Part shown: piece by piece, positions 20,033-29,219 of the stretch | Position numbering within the stretch: position 1 is the stretch's first letter | How the letters are laid out: each line of letters begins with the position of its first letter | IMG/VR virus record: IMGVR_UViG_3300025483_001155 | Source of the DNA: an uncultured virus (IMG/VR IMGVR_UViG_3300025483_001155) | Taxonomy: Duplodnaviria; Heunggongvirae; Uroviricota; Caudoviricetes | Direction: 5' to 3' (one strand) | DNA length: 64,000 nucleotides | Notes under the pieces: generated by a model | What the model was told of the DNA's origin: nothing | Seen by the model: only the letters and a program-made list of their open reading frames with translations | The model's database searches: none | Translations under genes and position numbers: made by a program

Positions 20033-20347
20033 TTACTCAGCAGGTTCTATACTAGTTGAAAGAGTAAATCCATTATTTCTAGCAGCACGTGTAGTTTCTT
20101 CAACTTTTTGTTCTGCTATTTCCATATAATACATTCCAACAATTGCTTGTCCTTCTTGATGAATTTTACCTGCTAGATCAGATGATGTTTCCATACTATG
20201 GCCAAATAGTTGCATTAATACTTCGACCACAAACTCAAACGGCGTTGTATCATCATTATGCATTATTACATAAAATCTTTTAGGCGCATCTAATCCTAAA
20301 TCCGTTGCATTAAGACTTGATGTTAATATTTTTTCATCTGCAATCAT
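20033..20347 (-). CDS. clpS: ATP-dependent Clp protease adaptor ClpS
   Basis: VIMHNDDTTPFEFVVEVL, IHQEG, IAEQK. Confidence 0.93.
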   Translation of the reverse strand: MIADEKILTSSLNATDLGLDAPKRFYVIMHNDDTTPFEFVVEVLMQLFGHSMETSSDLAGKIHQEGQAIVGMYYMEIAEQKVEETTRAARNNGFTLSTSIEPAE

Positions 20348-20384
20348 AATTTGTCATCCATTTTTTGACACTGTATATTTATCT

Positions 20385-20412
20385 AAAAAGAGGGACAATT
20401 TCTTGCCCCTCT
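20385..20412 (-). terminator. Rho-independent terminator after hsp20
   Basis: AGAGGG stem plus U tract on minus strand. Confidence 0.6.
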
Positions 20413-20430
20413 AGTATTATAACACAATCA

Positions 20431-20850
20431 TTATTTGATTGCAATAGTTTTTGGTAGTTTTTCTTCTGGAACTTGACGTTCAAGTAAAACAAACAATAAG
20501 CCATCTTTCATTGTTGCATCTACTACCTCAACATATTCTGCTAGTTTCCATTCACGTGAAAACGCACGATTTGCGATACCACGATGTAAGAATGTACGAC
20601 CATCGGCGTCATTATCATCTGACTTATTACCTGTTATAGTAAGAGTGCCGTCTTTTACCGTGATTTCTAAATCTTCACGGCAAAAACCTGCTAGTGCTAA
20701 TGTGATTTGATATTTTTCTTCACCTATTGTCTCTACGTTGTAGGGCGGATAACCTGAGTTATCTAGTCTCGTAAAGTCATTCATTAGTCTGTCAAAGCCC
20801 AATACCGAGCGGTGAAAATCTGGTAGGTTTAATGTTGTTACTCTTGTCAT
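20431..20850 (-). CDS. ibpA: Small heat shock protein Hsp20 (IbpA-like)
   Basis: GFDRL, YPPYNV, LALAGF, LHRGIANRAF, DGLL. Confidence 0.93.
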   Translation of the reverse strand: MTRVTTLNLPDFHRSVLGFDRLMNDFTRLDNSGYPPYNVETIGEEKYQITLALAGFCREDLEITVKDGTLTITGNKSDDNDADGRTFLHRGIANRAFSREWKLAEYVEVVDATMKDGLLFVLLERQVPEEKLPKTIAIK

Positions 20851-20902
20851 TTTATTTTCTCCTTTTAATAAGCAAGAATATAGGATCCCTATAGGCGATC
20901 CC
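20848..20902 (-). promoter_or_regulatory. ROSE-like RNA thermometer in hsp20 leader
   Basis: UCUUGCU opposite AGGAGA SD, plus upstream GGGAUC/GAUCCU hairpin. Confidence 0.6.
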
Positions 20903-20918
20903 AGTTAAACAGATGTTA

Positions 20919-21449
20919 CTACTTTTTAGCAACACCCGCAAGTTTTTGCAGACGACCGATGAAACCTATGTCATCACGCTCACCTTCAAAAACAAAAGTG
21001 TTCGACTTTTTGTTATTACGCAACTTGGTGTATATTTCACTAGCTTTGCCTGGTTTTAGTTCACCTACATCGAACATTACACCACCAGATTTATCATAGA
21101 CTTTTGCACCATCTTTATCTTTGACTAGTACTCCGTCTTGATTAAACTTGCCACCAAGTTCAATCATCTGTTGGCGAAACTTTTCATCACTGCCCTCTGG
21201 AGCAATAACGAATAGTGAATCTTCTGACACATGTAATTCTTCTGGGGTACCCTGATTTTCAATCCAGTAGCCATCCACAAAGAAGAAGCCATAGCCCAAC
21301 TTACGAATTGTTGCTGCTAATTGTTTATTACGTCTAACATTTTCTTCACGGTCATACTCACCACGAAACGCAGTCAATAGCGCAATAGGCCTATCTGACT
21401 GTGTGTGTTGCCAAACACGTGATAATGATGCTTCTTGTATTTGTGTCAT
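20919..21449 (-). CDS. Conserved phage protein (EASLSR N-terminus)
   Basis: MTQIQEASLSRVWQH..LTAFR..N..L..GY..GYWIE..EDSLFV; ATAAATA late-type motif upstream. Confidence 0.7.
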   Translation of the reverse strand: MTQIQEASLSRVWQHTQSDRPIALLTAFRGEYDREENVRRNKQLAATIRKLGYGFFFVDGYWIENQGTPEELHVSEDSLFVIAPEGSDEKFRQQMIELGGKFNQDGVLVKDKDGAKVYDKSGGVMFDVGELKPGKASEIYTKLRNNKKSNTFVFEGERDDIGFIGRLQKLAGVAKK

Positions 21450-21501
21450 TATAAGTCCTTCAATTCTAATAATATAGTATATTTATCACAGAATGTCAAT
21501 A

Positions 21502-21738
21502 TCAAACATCAATTTTTTCAGAAAAAAGTACAATATCTTTAGCAGGTCCAATATCACAAGGTAATCCACCGTGTTCATTAATGTAATATTTTAAAACTGC
21601 TTTGTACCATAAATGACTATTATGATGTGCTTGTTTGTTGAACTTTGCAATACCACCAGAAGAACCGTCCATAGTAAGTAACGCTCTGGATGATTCTTTC
21701 TGTAATGTTCTTAAATCAAAAGAATCTAAATCTATCAT
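21502..21738 (-). CDS. Hypothetical protein
   Basis: Likely start MIDLDSF, coupled to rpsU stop. Confidence 0.6.
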   Translation of the reverse strand: MIDLDSFDLRTLQKESSRALLTMDGSSGGIAKFNKQAHHNSHLWYKAVLKYYINEHGGLPCDIGPAKDIVLFSEKIDV

Positions 21739-21989
21739 GTATTTTCTTGTTGTCTCTTCATTTTTGTCCAACGCTTACGTCCTGCATCTTTTGCTTTACG
21801 TTTGATTTCACTTGGCTTTACAAATTCTTTCCTAGTTCTAATTTCTTGTACTAGTCCCTCTTCAGTACATTTCTTTTTAAATCTACGAAATGCCTTTTCA
21901 AAGTTTCCATTTTTTATTTCTACGGTCATGCCAGACTTTGCATATCTGTCACTGTCATTACCTTTTATATAGTGATTATTTTTAGTCAT
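21735..21989 (-). CDS. rpsU: Ribosomal protein bS21
   Basis: TVEIKNGNFEKAFRRFKKK..GLVQEIRTRKEFVKPSEIKRK. Confidence 0.9.
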   Translation of the reverse strand: MTKNNHYIKGNDSDRYAKSGMTVEIKNGNFEKAFRRFKKKCTEEGLVQEIRTRKEFVKPSEIKRKAKDAGRKRWTKMKRQQENT

Positions 21990-22506
21990 TTTTTTGTATT
22001 AAACCTGTAATTCTATTGCCATTTAATTTTAATGGCTGTTCATATTTCCAGTTGGCCAAACTGTTAGAAATCATTTCTATAAAATATACCAGTACATCTT
22101 GTGACTTGGCATTTTCGCGGCCGCGCATTTGTATTGTTATTTTAACTTTAGAACCATTATCGATGAACTTTTGTGCTTGACGCATTTTAATTTGTAAATC
22201 ATGTATACCGATGGTGGGTCTAAATTTAATTTCCTTAACTTCAATAGCGTTAGCCCTGGCAGATTTTGCTTGAGATTTTTGTCGCTTTTTAAGTTCGTAG
22301 TTATATTTATTAATACTTACAACACGTGCAACTGGAGGTTCGGCGTCTGGTACAATAAGAACCAAATCAAGATTTTCATTTCTTGCAATGTTTTGGGCAT
22401 CAGCAGTTGGCATAATGCCAAGTGCTTCGCCATCATTTCCAATGATGCGTAATTCTCTACTAGTAATACGCTCATTGATTATTAATGTGGATTTGTTTTT
22501 ATCCAT
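21982..22506 (-). CDS. infC: Translation initiation factor IF-3
   Basis: INERI..RIIG..LDLVLI.PDAEPPV..KEIKFRPTIGIHD..K..KVKITI..RGRE. Confidence 0.93.
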   Translation of the reverse strand: MDKNKSTLIINERITSRELRIIGNDGEALGIMPTADAQNIARNENLDLVLIVPDAEPPVARVVSINKYNYELKKRQKSQAKSARANAIEVKEIKFRPTIGIHDLQIKMRQAQKFIDNGSKVKITIQMRGRENAKSQDVLVYFIEMISNSLANWKYEQPLKLNGNRITGLIQKND

Positions 22507-23763
22507 TTATAAGTTTTGTTTAACCTTCGCTTGTTCATCGAATACCAATATTGGTTCTTCATTTCCTAAAATAAATTCATCTGTAATATGTACAGAACTT
22601 AGTCCCTGTTTTGCCAATTTTGGCAATTTGAATTGTATTTGCAAAAGTGATTTTTCAATTACACTTCTCAATCCTCGAGCGCCTGTTTCATCTGTCGCTG
22701 CTTTTTTTGCAATCTGATTTAATGCTGAATCTGAAATGATCAATTCTACACCATCAAGTCTAAACAATTTTTTAAATTGTGCAACAATACTATTTTTAGG
22801 CTCAGTCAATACTTGTACTAACTGATGTTCAGTGAGTGAATCAAGACCAACAATGATTGGAAATCTTCCCATAAATTCTGGGATGACACCGTATTTTATT
22901 ACATCTTGTGCTTCTACTTGCTCACGGATATTTATCTTATTAGTCGATTTATCATACACAACAGCACCAAAACCAATACCTGCGTTGGATGTTAATCGAC
23001 GTTCAATAACTTTATCAATGCCAACAAAGGCGCCGCCAACTACAAATAGAATTTTACTTGTATCAACTTCAATCATATCTGAGCCTGGATGCTTTCGTCC
23101 ACCGCCAGGTGGTACTCGCACTACCGAACCTTCAACAATTTTTAGTAGAGCCTGTTGCACACCTTCACCACTTACATCTTTTGTGATAGATACGTTTTCG
23201 CCTTTCTTGGCTTTCTTATCAATTTCGTCAATATATATAATACCACATTCGGCTTTTTTAACATCAAAATCCGCTGCTATAAGTAGTTTTTGTACTACGT
23301 TTTCCACATCGTCACCAACATAACCACTTTCAGTAAGTGATGTTGCATCAATTTGCGCAAATGGCACATCTAAAAATTTTGCAACTGTTTTAGCAAGTAA
23401 TGTTTTACCAGTACCAGATGGTCCCATAACCATTACATTGGATTTATCTAATTCAACACCATCCGAATCATCAGCATGTATACGTTTGTAATGATTATAA
23501 ACTGCAACACTAAGGACTTCTTTGGCCTCGTCTTGCCCAATAATGTGTGCGTCCAAGAATTCTTTAATGTCTTCCGGGCCAGGAACAGAACTAATATCAG
23601 TCCCGCTGTCACTAGTAAAGCTTTCTTTTGAGTCATGAATGATTTCATAGCACAAGTCAATACACTCATTGCAAATGAACTGATTAGGCCCTGCAATGAG
23701 TGTTTTAACTATATCTTTTTCTTTGTTACAAAATGAACAAGTATAATCTTTAGTATCAGTCAA
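22507..23763 (-). CDS. clpX: ATP-dependent Clp protease ATP-binding subunit ClpX
   Basis: CSFC..CNEC zinc finger, [30 protein letters not shown] loop; TTG start. Confidence 0.97.
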   Translation of the reverse strand: MTDTKDYTCSFCNKEKDIVKTLIAGPNQFICNECIDLCYEIIHDSKESFTSDSGTDISSVPGPEDIKEFLDAHIIGQDEAKEVLSVAVYNHYKRIHADDSDGVELDKSNVMVMGPSGTGKTLLAKTVAKFLDVPFAQIDATSLTESGYVGDDVENVVQKLLIAADFDVKKAECGIIYIDEIDKKAKKGENVSITKDVSGEGVQQALLKIVEGSVVRVPPGGGRKHPGSDMIEVDTSKILFVVGGAFVGIDKVIERRLTSNAGIGFGAVVYDKSTNKINIREQVEAQDVIKYGVIPEFMGRFPIIVGLDSLTEHQLVQVLTEPKNSIVAQFKKLFRLDGVELIISDSALNQIAKKAATDETGARGLRSVIEKSLLQIQFKLPKLAKQGLSSVHITDEFILGNEEPILVFDEQAKVKQNL

Positions 23764-23775
23764 ATATCACCTATA

Positions 23776-25146
23776 TTATTTCTTGTCTAACCAGCCTTGA
23801 CGCTGTACCAGACTTGTGTTTTGTTTTCTAGTTATTTCGTCTTCAGTTAGTTCTTTAACATTTTCTTCCATAACAGTATCGTCTATATTAGGATAAATGT
23901 CAAGTTCTTTTTTGTCTTTTTTTGCAAATAATGCATCAAATATTTCTTCTTGGTGACCTTTATTTGTATGACGATTTTGAAAACTATAGTTTGCAGAAAT
24001 TAGTAACAATACTGCCAATGGATCAAATACAAAAATGAATACAATAATTAACCAGCGCACTGCATCGTCGATTGTATTTCTTTCTGTATTACCATAAACT
24101 AGTTCTGCAATATATTTAATTGGACCAATTTCTGCTTCCAACATACGAACTTCAGTTTCTAATTCAAATTTAGTAACTAGTAACCCAGATATGCCGTCTT
24201 CAGACACTTTAACTGTTTCTAATAATTTTGTAATTTTTGCAGTATTATCTATTTCTGCGACACGTTCTAATTGTGTACGCAGACTTGTAATAGTTTCTTG
24301 TGATTTTTGAACATCGCGGTCTGCAATAGAACGCAAACGTTTTATTTCAATTCTTGCTTGTTCAATAACTGATGTATCAATACTTGTACGAATATCTTCT
24401 ACAATGCTAACTAGACGTTGCTTTTCTGATTGCAGAAGTGAACGGAATTCATCAACTTTATTTGCTGTACGAGGCCCATAATTACCATCCGTCTTAACAC
24501 CAACCAATGCTTGTAATTTTTTAATTTCATCATTTACAATAAATGATTGTAGATTTTCGAGTGTAGTATCTATTTTTGAAATCTGTGCTAGGTATGATTC
24601 TACTTGGTCTTCGGAACCAGTTTGTTGGTTTGAGATGATAGCAAGTTGTTCATCAATTGCTGGCTGAACTCTTGCATATGCTTGGGCCATACGTTGTTGT
24701 TCAGTGTCAATCTGTGTTTGTATTTCATCTGTATTATTTGTATTTTGTGTTTCAAGTTTTTCAATCTTAATTTCAGACCGTGCAATATCATCTTCATACC
24801 GAAGAATATCATTGCTTATACGTTCTATACGTGCTTGCGATTGTAGACCTTCACTTGCTTGCTCTAAGTGAGCGCGTGATAGAAAGCCAAAAATGCCCAT
24901 CGAGGTGATGAACATTAATACAACTACTGCAAATGTAAGATACGATTTTAATAGAAACGGCGCACGTTTCCAATTACGATAAACCCAAGATGCGGCAACC
25001 AACTTGCCTATTTCTAAAGATCCAGCCATGATAGCAACTGGTATTGCAGATGCAGCAAAAATTGCCATAAGTCCTGCAACTGAAAACCAAGCTGCAACCG
25101 CAGCTATAGTTAGGGCGACTATGAAAACCACTAGTGGAAAAAACAT
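23776..25146 (-). CDS. Membrane-anchored coiled-coil protein with PG-binding-like insert
   Basis: Three N-terminal TMs, long coiled coil, LQALVGVKTDGNYGPRT, C-terminal TM FVFDPLAVLLL. Confidence 0.75.
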   Translation of the reverse strand: MFFPLVVFIVALTIAAVAAWFSVAGLMAIFAASAIPVAIMAGSLEIGKLVAASWVYRNWKRAPFLLKSYLTFAVVVLMFITSMGIFGFLSRAHLEQASEGLQSQARIERISNDILRYEDDIARSEIKIEKLETQNTNNTDEIQTQIDTEQQRMAQAYARVQPAIDEQLAIISNQQTGSEDQVESYLAQISKIDTTLENLQSFIVNDEIKKLQALVGVKTDGNYGPRTANKVDEFRSLLQSEKQRLVSIVEDIRTSIDTSVIEQARIEIKRLRSIADRDVQKSQETITSLRTQLERVAEIDNTAKITKLLETVKVSEDGISGLLVTKFELETEVRMLEAEIGPIKYIAELVYGNTERNTIDDAVRWLIIVFIFVFDPLAVLLLISANYSFQNRHTNKGHQEEIFDALFAKKDKKELDIYPNIDDTVMEENVKELTEDEITRKQNTSLVQRQGWLDKK

Positions 25147-25183
25147 TTTACTCTCCTAAGGATAATTACAGTCCTCTTCATCT

Positions 25184-25192
25184 GTATTTATC
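25184..25192 (-). promoter_or_regulatory. T4-like late promoter GATAAATAC
   Basis: Identical 9-mer recurs at 30771, 42490, 47915, 50589, 52589, 54448 and 57755 upstream of minus-strand genes. Confidence 0.7.
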
Positions 25193-25220
25193 ATTTTGGA
25201 GAGTAAAATTTATGTATATA

Positions 25221-25727
25221 TTACATATTTACATTTAAGTACACTGTAGTACCTTTTTTAAACCACTGTTGTGTATATAAACGAACTGTCTGTCCACCAA
25301 TATCAACAGTTACCATATTGTCGCCACGCACTTGTGATACTTTGTTTGTATATGTTGTACGACATTGACGTTCTTGGCGATAACCTACAATAACTTGTTG
25401 CTGTTGCCCACCTGTTTTGTTAGCACGGTCGGCACCGATAATTGCGCCTAGTACGGTTGCTGCGTCTTTGCCACTACCGTTGCCAAACTGATTGCCAATT
25501 ACACCACCAATGATTGCACCTGCAAGAGTATCACCTGTGCTTGCTTGTCCAGTTCGGCGTGTCTCATAGATGGGAACTTCTACATTATTACAGGTTTGAA
25601 TTGGAACTTCACGGACAACATCACGATATGTTTCCTTCATTCCGATTACAGTACCACGCACTTGTTCAGCATATGAAACAGATGCGGTCATTAAAAGTGC
25701 TGTAGCAATTGCCATTACATTTTTCAT
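25221..25727 (-). CDS. Glycine-zipper 2TM exported protein (YcfJ-like)
   Basis: Signal peptide; GAIIGGVIGNQFGNGSGKDAATVLGAIIG. Confidence 0.85.
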   Translation of the reverse strand: MKNVMAIATALLMTASVSYAEQVRGTVIGMKETYRDVVREVPIQTCNNVEVPIYETRRTGQASTGDTLAGAIIGGVIGNQFGNGSGKDAATVLGAIIGADRANKTGGQQQQVIVGYRQERQCRTTYTNKVSQVRGDNMVTVDIGGQTVRLYTQQWFKKGTTVYLNVNM

Positions 25728-25959
25728 TTTTTATTTCCTTTAATAATACTTTCAAGTTTTGCTACTCGTTCTTCAAGTAGAATAATTTTTCGTTCCATTA
25801 GTTGGTGATTACTCATATTGTTATTCCTTATTTTGTATACACACTGCGGTAATAGACCGTTTGCGTAATATCTCGGCTGATTCAACACAATCTGATTTAT
25901 TTTCAAACGCACCATATGTGCTTACTTGAGCGGAAACTATTAGAATTGCCCACATTATA

Positions 25960-26355
25960 TTAACTCCCAGTAACTAGTTCAAGTGTACCATCTTCGCCGA
26001 ATTCAAAATCTTCAATATAACGGTGATGTGTACCCGATTGTTTGATGCAAGATTCAGCAGCGAACCACAATGATTTGATTGAACCATCAATTGCTGTCAT
26101 GCTAACTTGTGTCACAGACCGCTTACCGCCATCACGTAAGTCTAACATCAATTCTTCTTGTGTTGCGTCAGGACGAATATATTCGTATGTGACTTTACGG
26201 ACCTTGTTAGTGAAAATTTCAAAGTCTAGACCTTTAATGCCCATGTCATGCATAGACCAGATTGATTCATAACCTAGTTCATTCTGTAGTGCTGTGAAGT
26301 GGTCACATACTGCGAGGAACTCAAGTGTTTCTGCATCATACTGAACGTTTTCCAT
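25960..26355 (-). CDS. Hypothetical early protein
   Basis: Likely start MENVQ downstream of promoter repeat; H.YIEDF...LVTGS end. Confidence 0.65.
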   Translation of the reverse strand: MENVQYDAETLEFLAVCDHFTALQNELGYESIWSMHDMGIKGLDFEIFTNKVRKVTYEYIRPDATQEELMLDLRDGGKRSVTQVSMTAIDGSIKSLWFAAESCIKQSGTHHRYIEDFEFGEDGTLELVTGS

Positions 26356-26370
26356 ATCTAGTACCTTTCT

Positions 26371-26417
26371 CTCTAACTTATACACTCTTTATATAGTGAT
26401 TCGTTACGAATGTCAAG
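26371..26417 (-). promoter_or_regulatory. Repeated early sigma70 promoter with GANTC site
   Basis: TTGACA-17 bp-TATAAA; TGATTCG at 26397-26403. Confidence 0.85.
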
Positions 26418-26423
26418 CAAAAT

Positions 26424-26918
26424 CTACAAAATAAGAATATCAAATGGAGATATTTCCATACTATTCATATCACTCAGAAATTTAGGTTCTTTTTGCGTAT
26501 CCAATGACCATTCTTTTTCTGCAATAAATTTACCTTGTCTTTTTGTATTGTATATAAATGCATTAAAATGTTTATTGATTGTGGACGAACTGTAATCTAA
26601 TTTTTTAATTCCCTGTAATGGATTACCAAACAATGGTCGCCAATTTCTTGGTTTGTTTTTTTCGGTTAATGTGAAGTTATTGTATTGATAATCTATCAAA
26701 TATAATTCACTATCATCACCAACCGAAGCATCACTCATTGTATGCAGACACATTTCCACAGTTTCATGTAACATATCTGTATCCGTGTAATTATATAATT
26801 CTGATAAGTACTCAGAATACTTATGTACAACAACTTCCAATGCCAAGTTACTAGAAAGATATCGTTGCAGCAAAGAAGCAGTTATTATTGAGTATACAAA
26901 TCTTGGAGCGTATGACAT
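26424..26918 (-). CDS. Hypothetical protein
   Basis: 164-aa ORF with AGGA SD. Confidence 0.55.
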   Translation of the reverse strand: MSYAPRFVYSIITASLLQRYLSSNLALEVVVHKYSEYLSELYNYTDTDMLHETVEMCLHTMSDASVGDDSELYLIDYQYNNFTLTEKNKPRNWRPLFGNPLQGIKKLDYSSSTINKHFNAFIYNTKRQGKFIAEKEWSLDTQKEPKFLSDMNSMEISPFDILIL

Positions 26919-27039
26919 TAAATTATCCTAAAAACATATGAACAATTCCCATAAGAGCAATTGCGCTCATAAGGTCAGAAGTAAAATCAATCATAAGGAG
27001 TTGCAAAGTATTAAATATATTCAACTCCTTGTTTGATTA

Positions 27040-27081
27040 ACTTATACACTCTTTATATGATGATTCGGATAAGATGTCAAG
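27040..27081 (-). promoter_or_regulatory. Repeated early sigma70 promoter with GANTC site
   Basis: TTGACA (27075-80), 17 bp, TATAAA (27052-57); TGATTCG 27061-67. Confidence 0.85.
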
Positions 27082-27087
27082 AACTTT

Positions 27088-27426
27088 TTAGTCATATGCG
27101 TCTAATAATTTAGTTTTATCATCAGTATATCCTTTAGCAGGATTAATATCATCTGCCCCAGGCAATGGTTCTTTTTGATCTACAATAACTTCCCATTGCT
27201 CAGACCACTTAGCGTTAATATCATATAAACGCTGTGTATATAATGGATCTGTATCTGCTATGATTGCATCAGCAGGACACTCAGGTTCACACACTCCACA
27301 ATCAATACATTCATCCGGGTTGATTACTAACATTTCTTCGCCTTCATAAAAGCAATCTACTGGGCAAACTTCTACACAATCAGTATACTTACATTTAATA
27401 CAATCTTGTGTTACTACATACGTCAT
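27088..27426 (-). CDS. fdxA: 7Fe ferredoxin (FdxA family)
   Basis: [43 protein letters not shown]. Confidence 0.95.
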   Translation of the reverse strand: MTYVVTQDCIKCKYTDCVEVCPVDCFYEGEEMLVINPDECIDCGVCEPECPADAIIADTDPLYTQRLYDINAKWSEQWEVIVDQKEPLPGADDINPAKGYTDDKTKLLDAYD

Positions 27427-27451
27427 TAAGGTTCTCCATTAATAATTAATA

Positions 27452-27479
27452 TGTTGGTCTGATATTTCACAGACCAACA
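27452..27479. terminator. Hairpin / possible terminator
   Basis: TGTTGGTCTG...CAGACCAACA inverted repeat. Confidence 0.5.
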
Positions 27480-27486
27480 ATTATTA

Positions 27487-27837
27487 TTATTTTCCTTTGT
27501 TTACAAAATTGTAAAACTGTTGCGCAGCTTCTAGAATTTGTTCTGTTCCTGGAACAGTTGGCATTTCTACTGTTGTCACAACTTCATCATGCTCTTTGCG
27601 AACTGATGTTTCAAACATACCATATTTTGCGTAGTAGTCTTGCCACATCTGATTTTGTGCCATTTCTAATACTTGTGTACGAATTTCATAACCATTTTTA
27701 TTGAAGGTTACTTTGGGAAGTGAAGGAGGTGTCATTTTTTGAAATGCTTCTGTAAATGCCTCTGGTTTCATTCCTGTGTTTTTATATAAATCGCTGAATT
27801 TTTCAGCCATTTCTGTCATTTGTTTAATATCGAACAT
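27487..27837 (-). CDS. Hypothetical protein (NKNGYEIR motif)
   Basis: AAGGAG SD; directly downstream of tmRNA. Confidence 0.7.
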   Translation of the reverse strand: MFDIKQMTEMAEKFSDLYKNTGMKPEAFTEAFQKMTPPSLPKVTFNKNGYEIRTQVLEMAQNQMWQDYYAKYGMFETSVRKEHDEVVTTVEMPTVPGTEQILEAAQQFYNFVNKGK

Positions 27838-27864
27838 TTTGTTCTCCTTTGTGTGTAAGTGTGT

Positions 27865-28178
27865 AATGTAACTATTCTGTTGCTAGGTCAGTTACCAACC
27901 CCCACATACCTAAACTAGGCTGCTAATGCCATTTCTGGCGCATAATTTGCGTTTGCAATTATAAAGTTTGTTCGCGGTAACGGCGCTTACATCCCGGTAA
28001 CTCCATTCATCTATCTTGTCAGTCGATCCTAGTTCAGCCCCATCAAAACTACACTCAAGTCTATTCTCTTTCGAGTCCTTACTTGCACTAGGCCAACCGC
28101 TCAAGTGTAGTTATGGTGGAGCTGCGCGGTACTGCCCCGCGGTCCTGTCCAATCGTCAAATCACTTCAACGTTACATT
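27865..28178 (-). ncRNA. ssrA: Circularly permuted two-piece tmRNA (alphaproteobacterial type)
   Basis: Acceptor piece ..GCGGGGCAGTACCGCGCAGCTCCACCA ends 28114; coding piece starts GGGGCTGAACTAGGATCGAC at 28041; G3.U70 pair; tag ANANYAPEMALAA* at 27956-27915. Confidence 0.93.
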
Positions 28179-28213
28179 CTATTTATAACATATTTTGAGA
28201 GTGATGTCAATAG

Positions 28214-28241
28214 AAAAGGCAGTGCGTCGATTCACTGCCTT
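28214..28241 (-). terminator. Rho-independent terminator
   Basis: AAGGCAGTG...CACTGCCTT stem with short U tract. Confidence 0.6.
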
Positions 28242-28247
28242 CCACTA

Positions 28248-29219
28248 TTAAAGTCCGTTAGGTACAATGATATAATGAATCATCAGTACTAGTGCTACTG
28301 AAGCACCAAGTCCTACCATCATCTTACCAAAGTCTTTTGCTACTAGCGGAAACACACTCTTTGTTTTCTTCTTGCCAAAGTATGTTGCCATAGCCAACTC
28401 ACGGCCTGCTAACAAGCCAACAAACACCCAAGTTGTACTCATTGGAATGTCGTTTAGTTCTTTAAAGAAGTACAAGCACAACCAATAAAACAAGTCAATC
28501 AGCGTTGCACTGCGCACATAACGTGTGTTATGTTTCTCTAATACAATCTGTTGTATCTTACCGCCACGTTCTCTAAACATAAAGAACAAGCCTACTACAA
28601 ACACCGCACTGATAAACACCATTAGATCAACTGGAATAACTCTTGGTAAGAACACTGCAATGTTTGCAATGTCGTGTGATAACCAAGTGTACCATAAGCC
28701 ACCTGTTGCTATCCATTGTGCTATACGCCAAAACTTTTTGTTGCTTTCTGCTACAGGTTTTGTTTCGTCATACCACTTACCAAAATACTTATGTATTGCA
28801 AACCATACTGCATATGCAAATGCGGCTGCGACACCATAACCCATGATTGATTTCATAAGCATCTTCTCTAGCACAAAAGTACTAGCAAATACTGACAACA
28901 CTAGAAATGATGTTGATACTGGCACGCCCATTCTAGTTAGTGCAACTAGAATAAGAGGTGCTGCTGCATGATACCATTGCACTTCTTGCCAGGGTATCTT
29001 GTTTAGTCTTCCGTAACTGATGTCTCCACCATTTACACTCCAGCCATACCATAGTGTGGCTAATAGGACAGCGGATGCGGCGATCCATAATGTTTTGTAG
29101 TTAAATCTCTCATTGTTTGATGCCATCCATGTACCGAGAGTTTGTACTGAATCATTTGCTATTACTGCATAGGCAGCAAGTAGAAACCCTATTAGGCTCC
29201 ATAAAGTGAGTGCGTCCAT
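28248..29219 (-). CDS. Multi-pass membrane protein, PiT/PHO4-like transporter
   Basis: IANDSVQT / SHDIAN and PVSTS / PMSTT duplicated signature-like motifs; about 9-10 TMs. Confidence 0.6.
   Translation of the reverse strand: MDALTLWSLIGFLLAAYAVIANDSVQTLGTWMASNNERFNYKTLWIAASAVLLATLWYGWSVNGGDISYGRLNKIPWQEVQWYHAAAPLILVALTRMGVPVSTSFLVLSVFASTFVLEKMLMKSIMGYGVAAAFAYAVWFAIHKYFGKWYDETKPVAESNKKFWRIAQWIATGGLWYTWLSHDIANIAVFLPRVIPVDLMVFISAVFVVGLFFMFRERGGKIQQIVLEKHNTRYVRSATLIDLFYWLCLYFFKELNDIPMSTTWVFVGLLAGRELAMATYFGKKKTKSVFPLVAKDFGKMMVGLGASVALVLMIHYIIVPNGL

Noticed and set aside
28114..28150. Stand-alone tRNA-Ala
   Set aside because: No anticodon arm; it is the acceptor piece of the tmRNA
27910..28198. 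ORFs 27910..28104 (-) and 28016..28198 (+)
   Set aside because: They overlap the tmRNA, which explains the sequence
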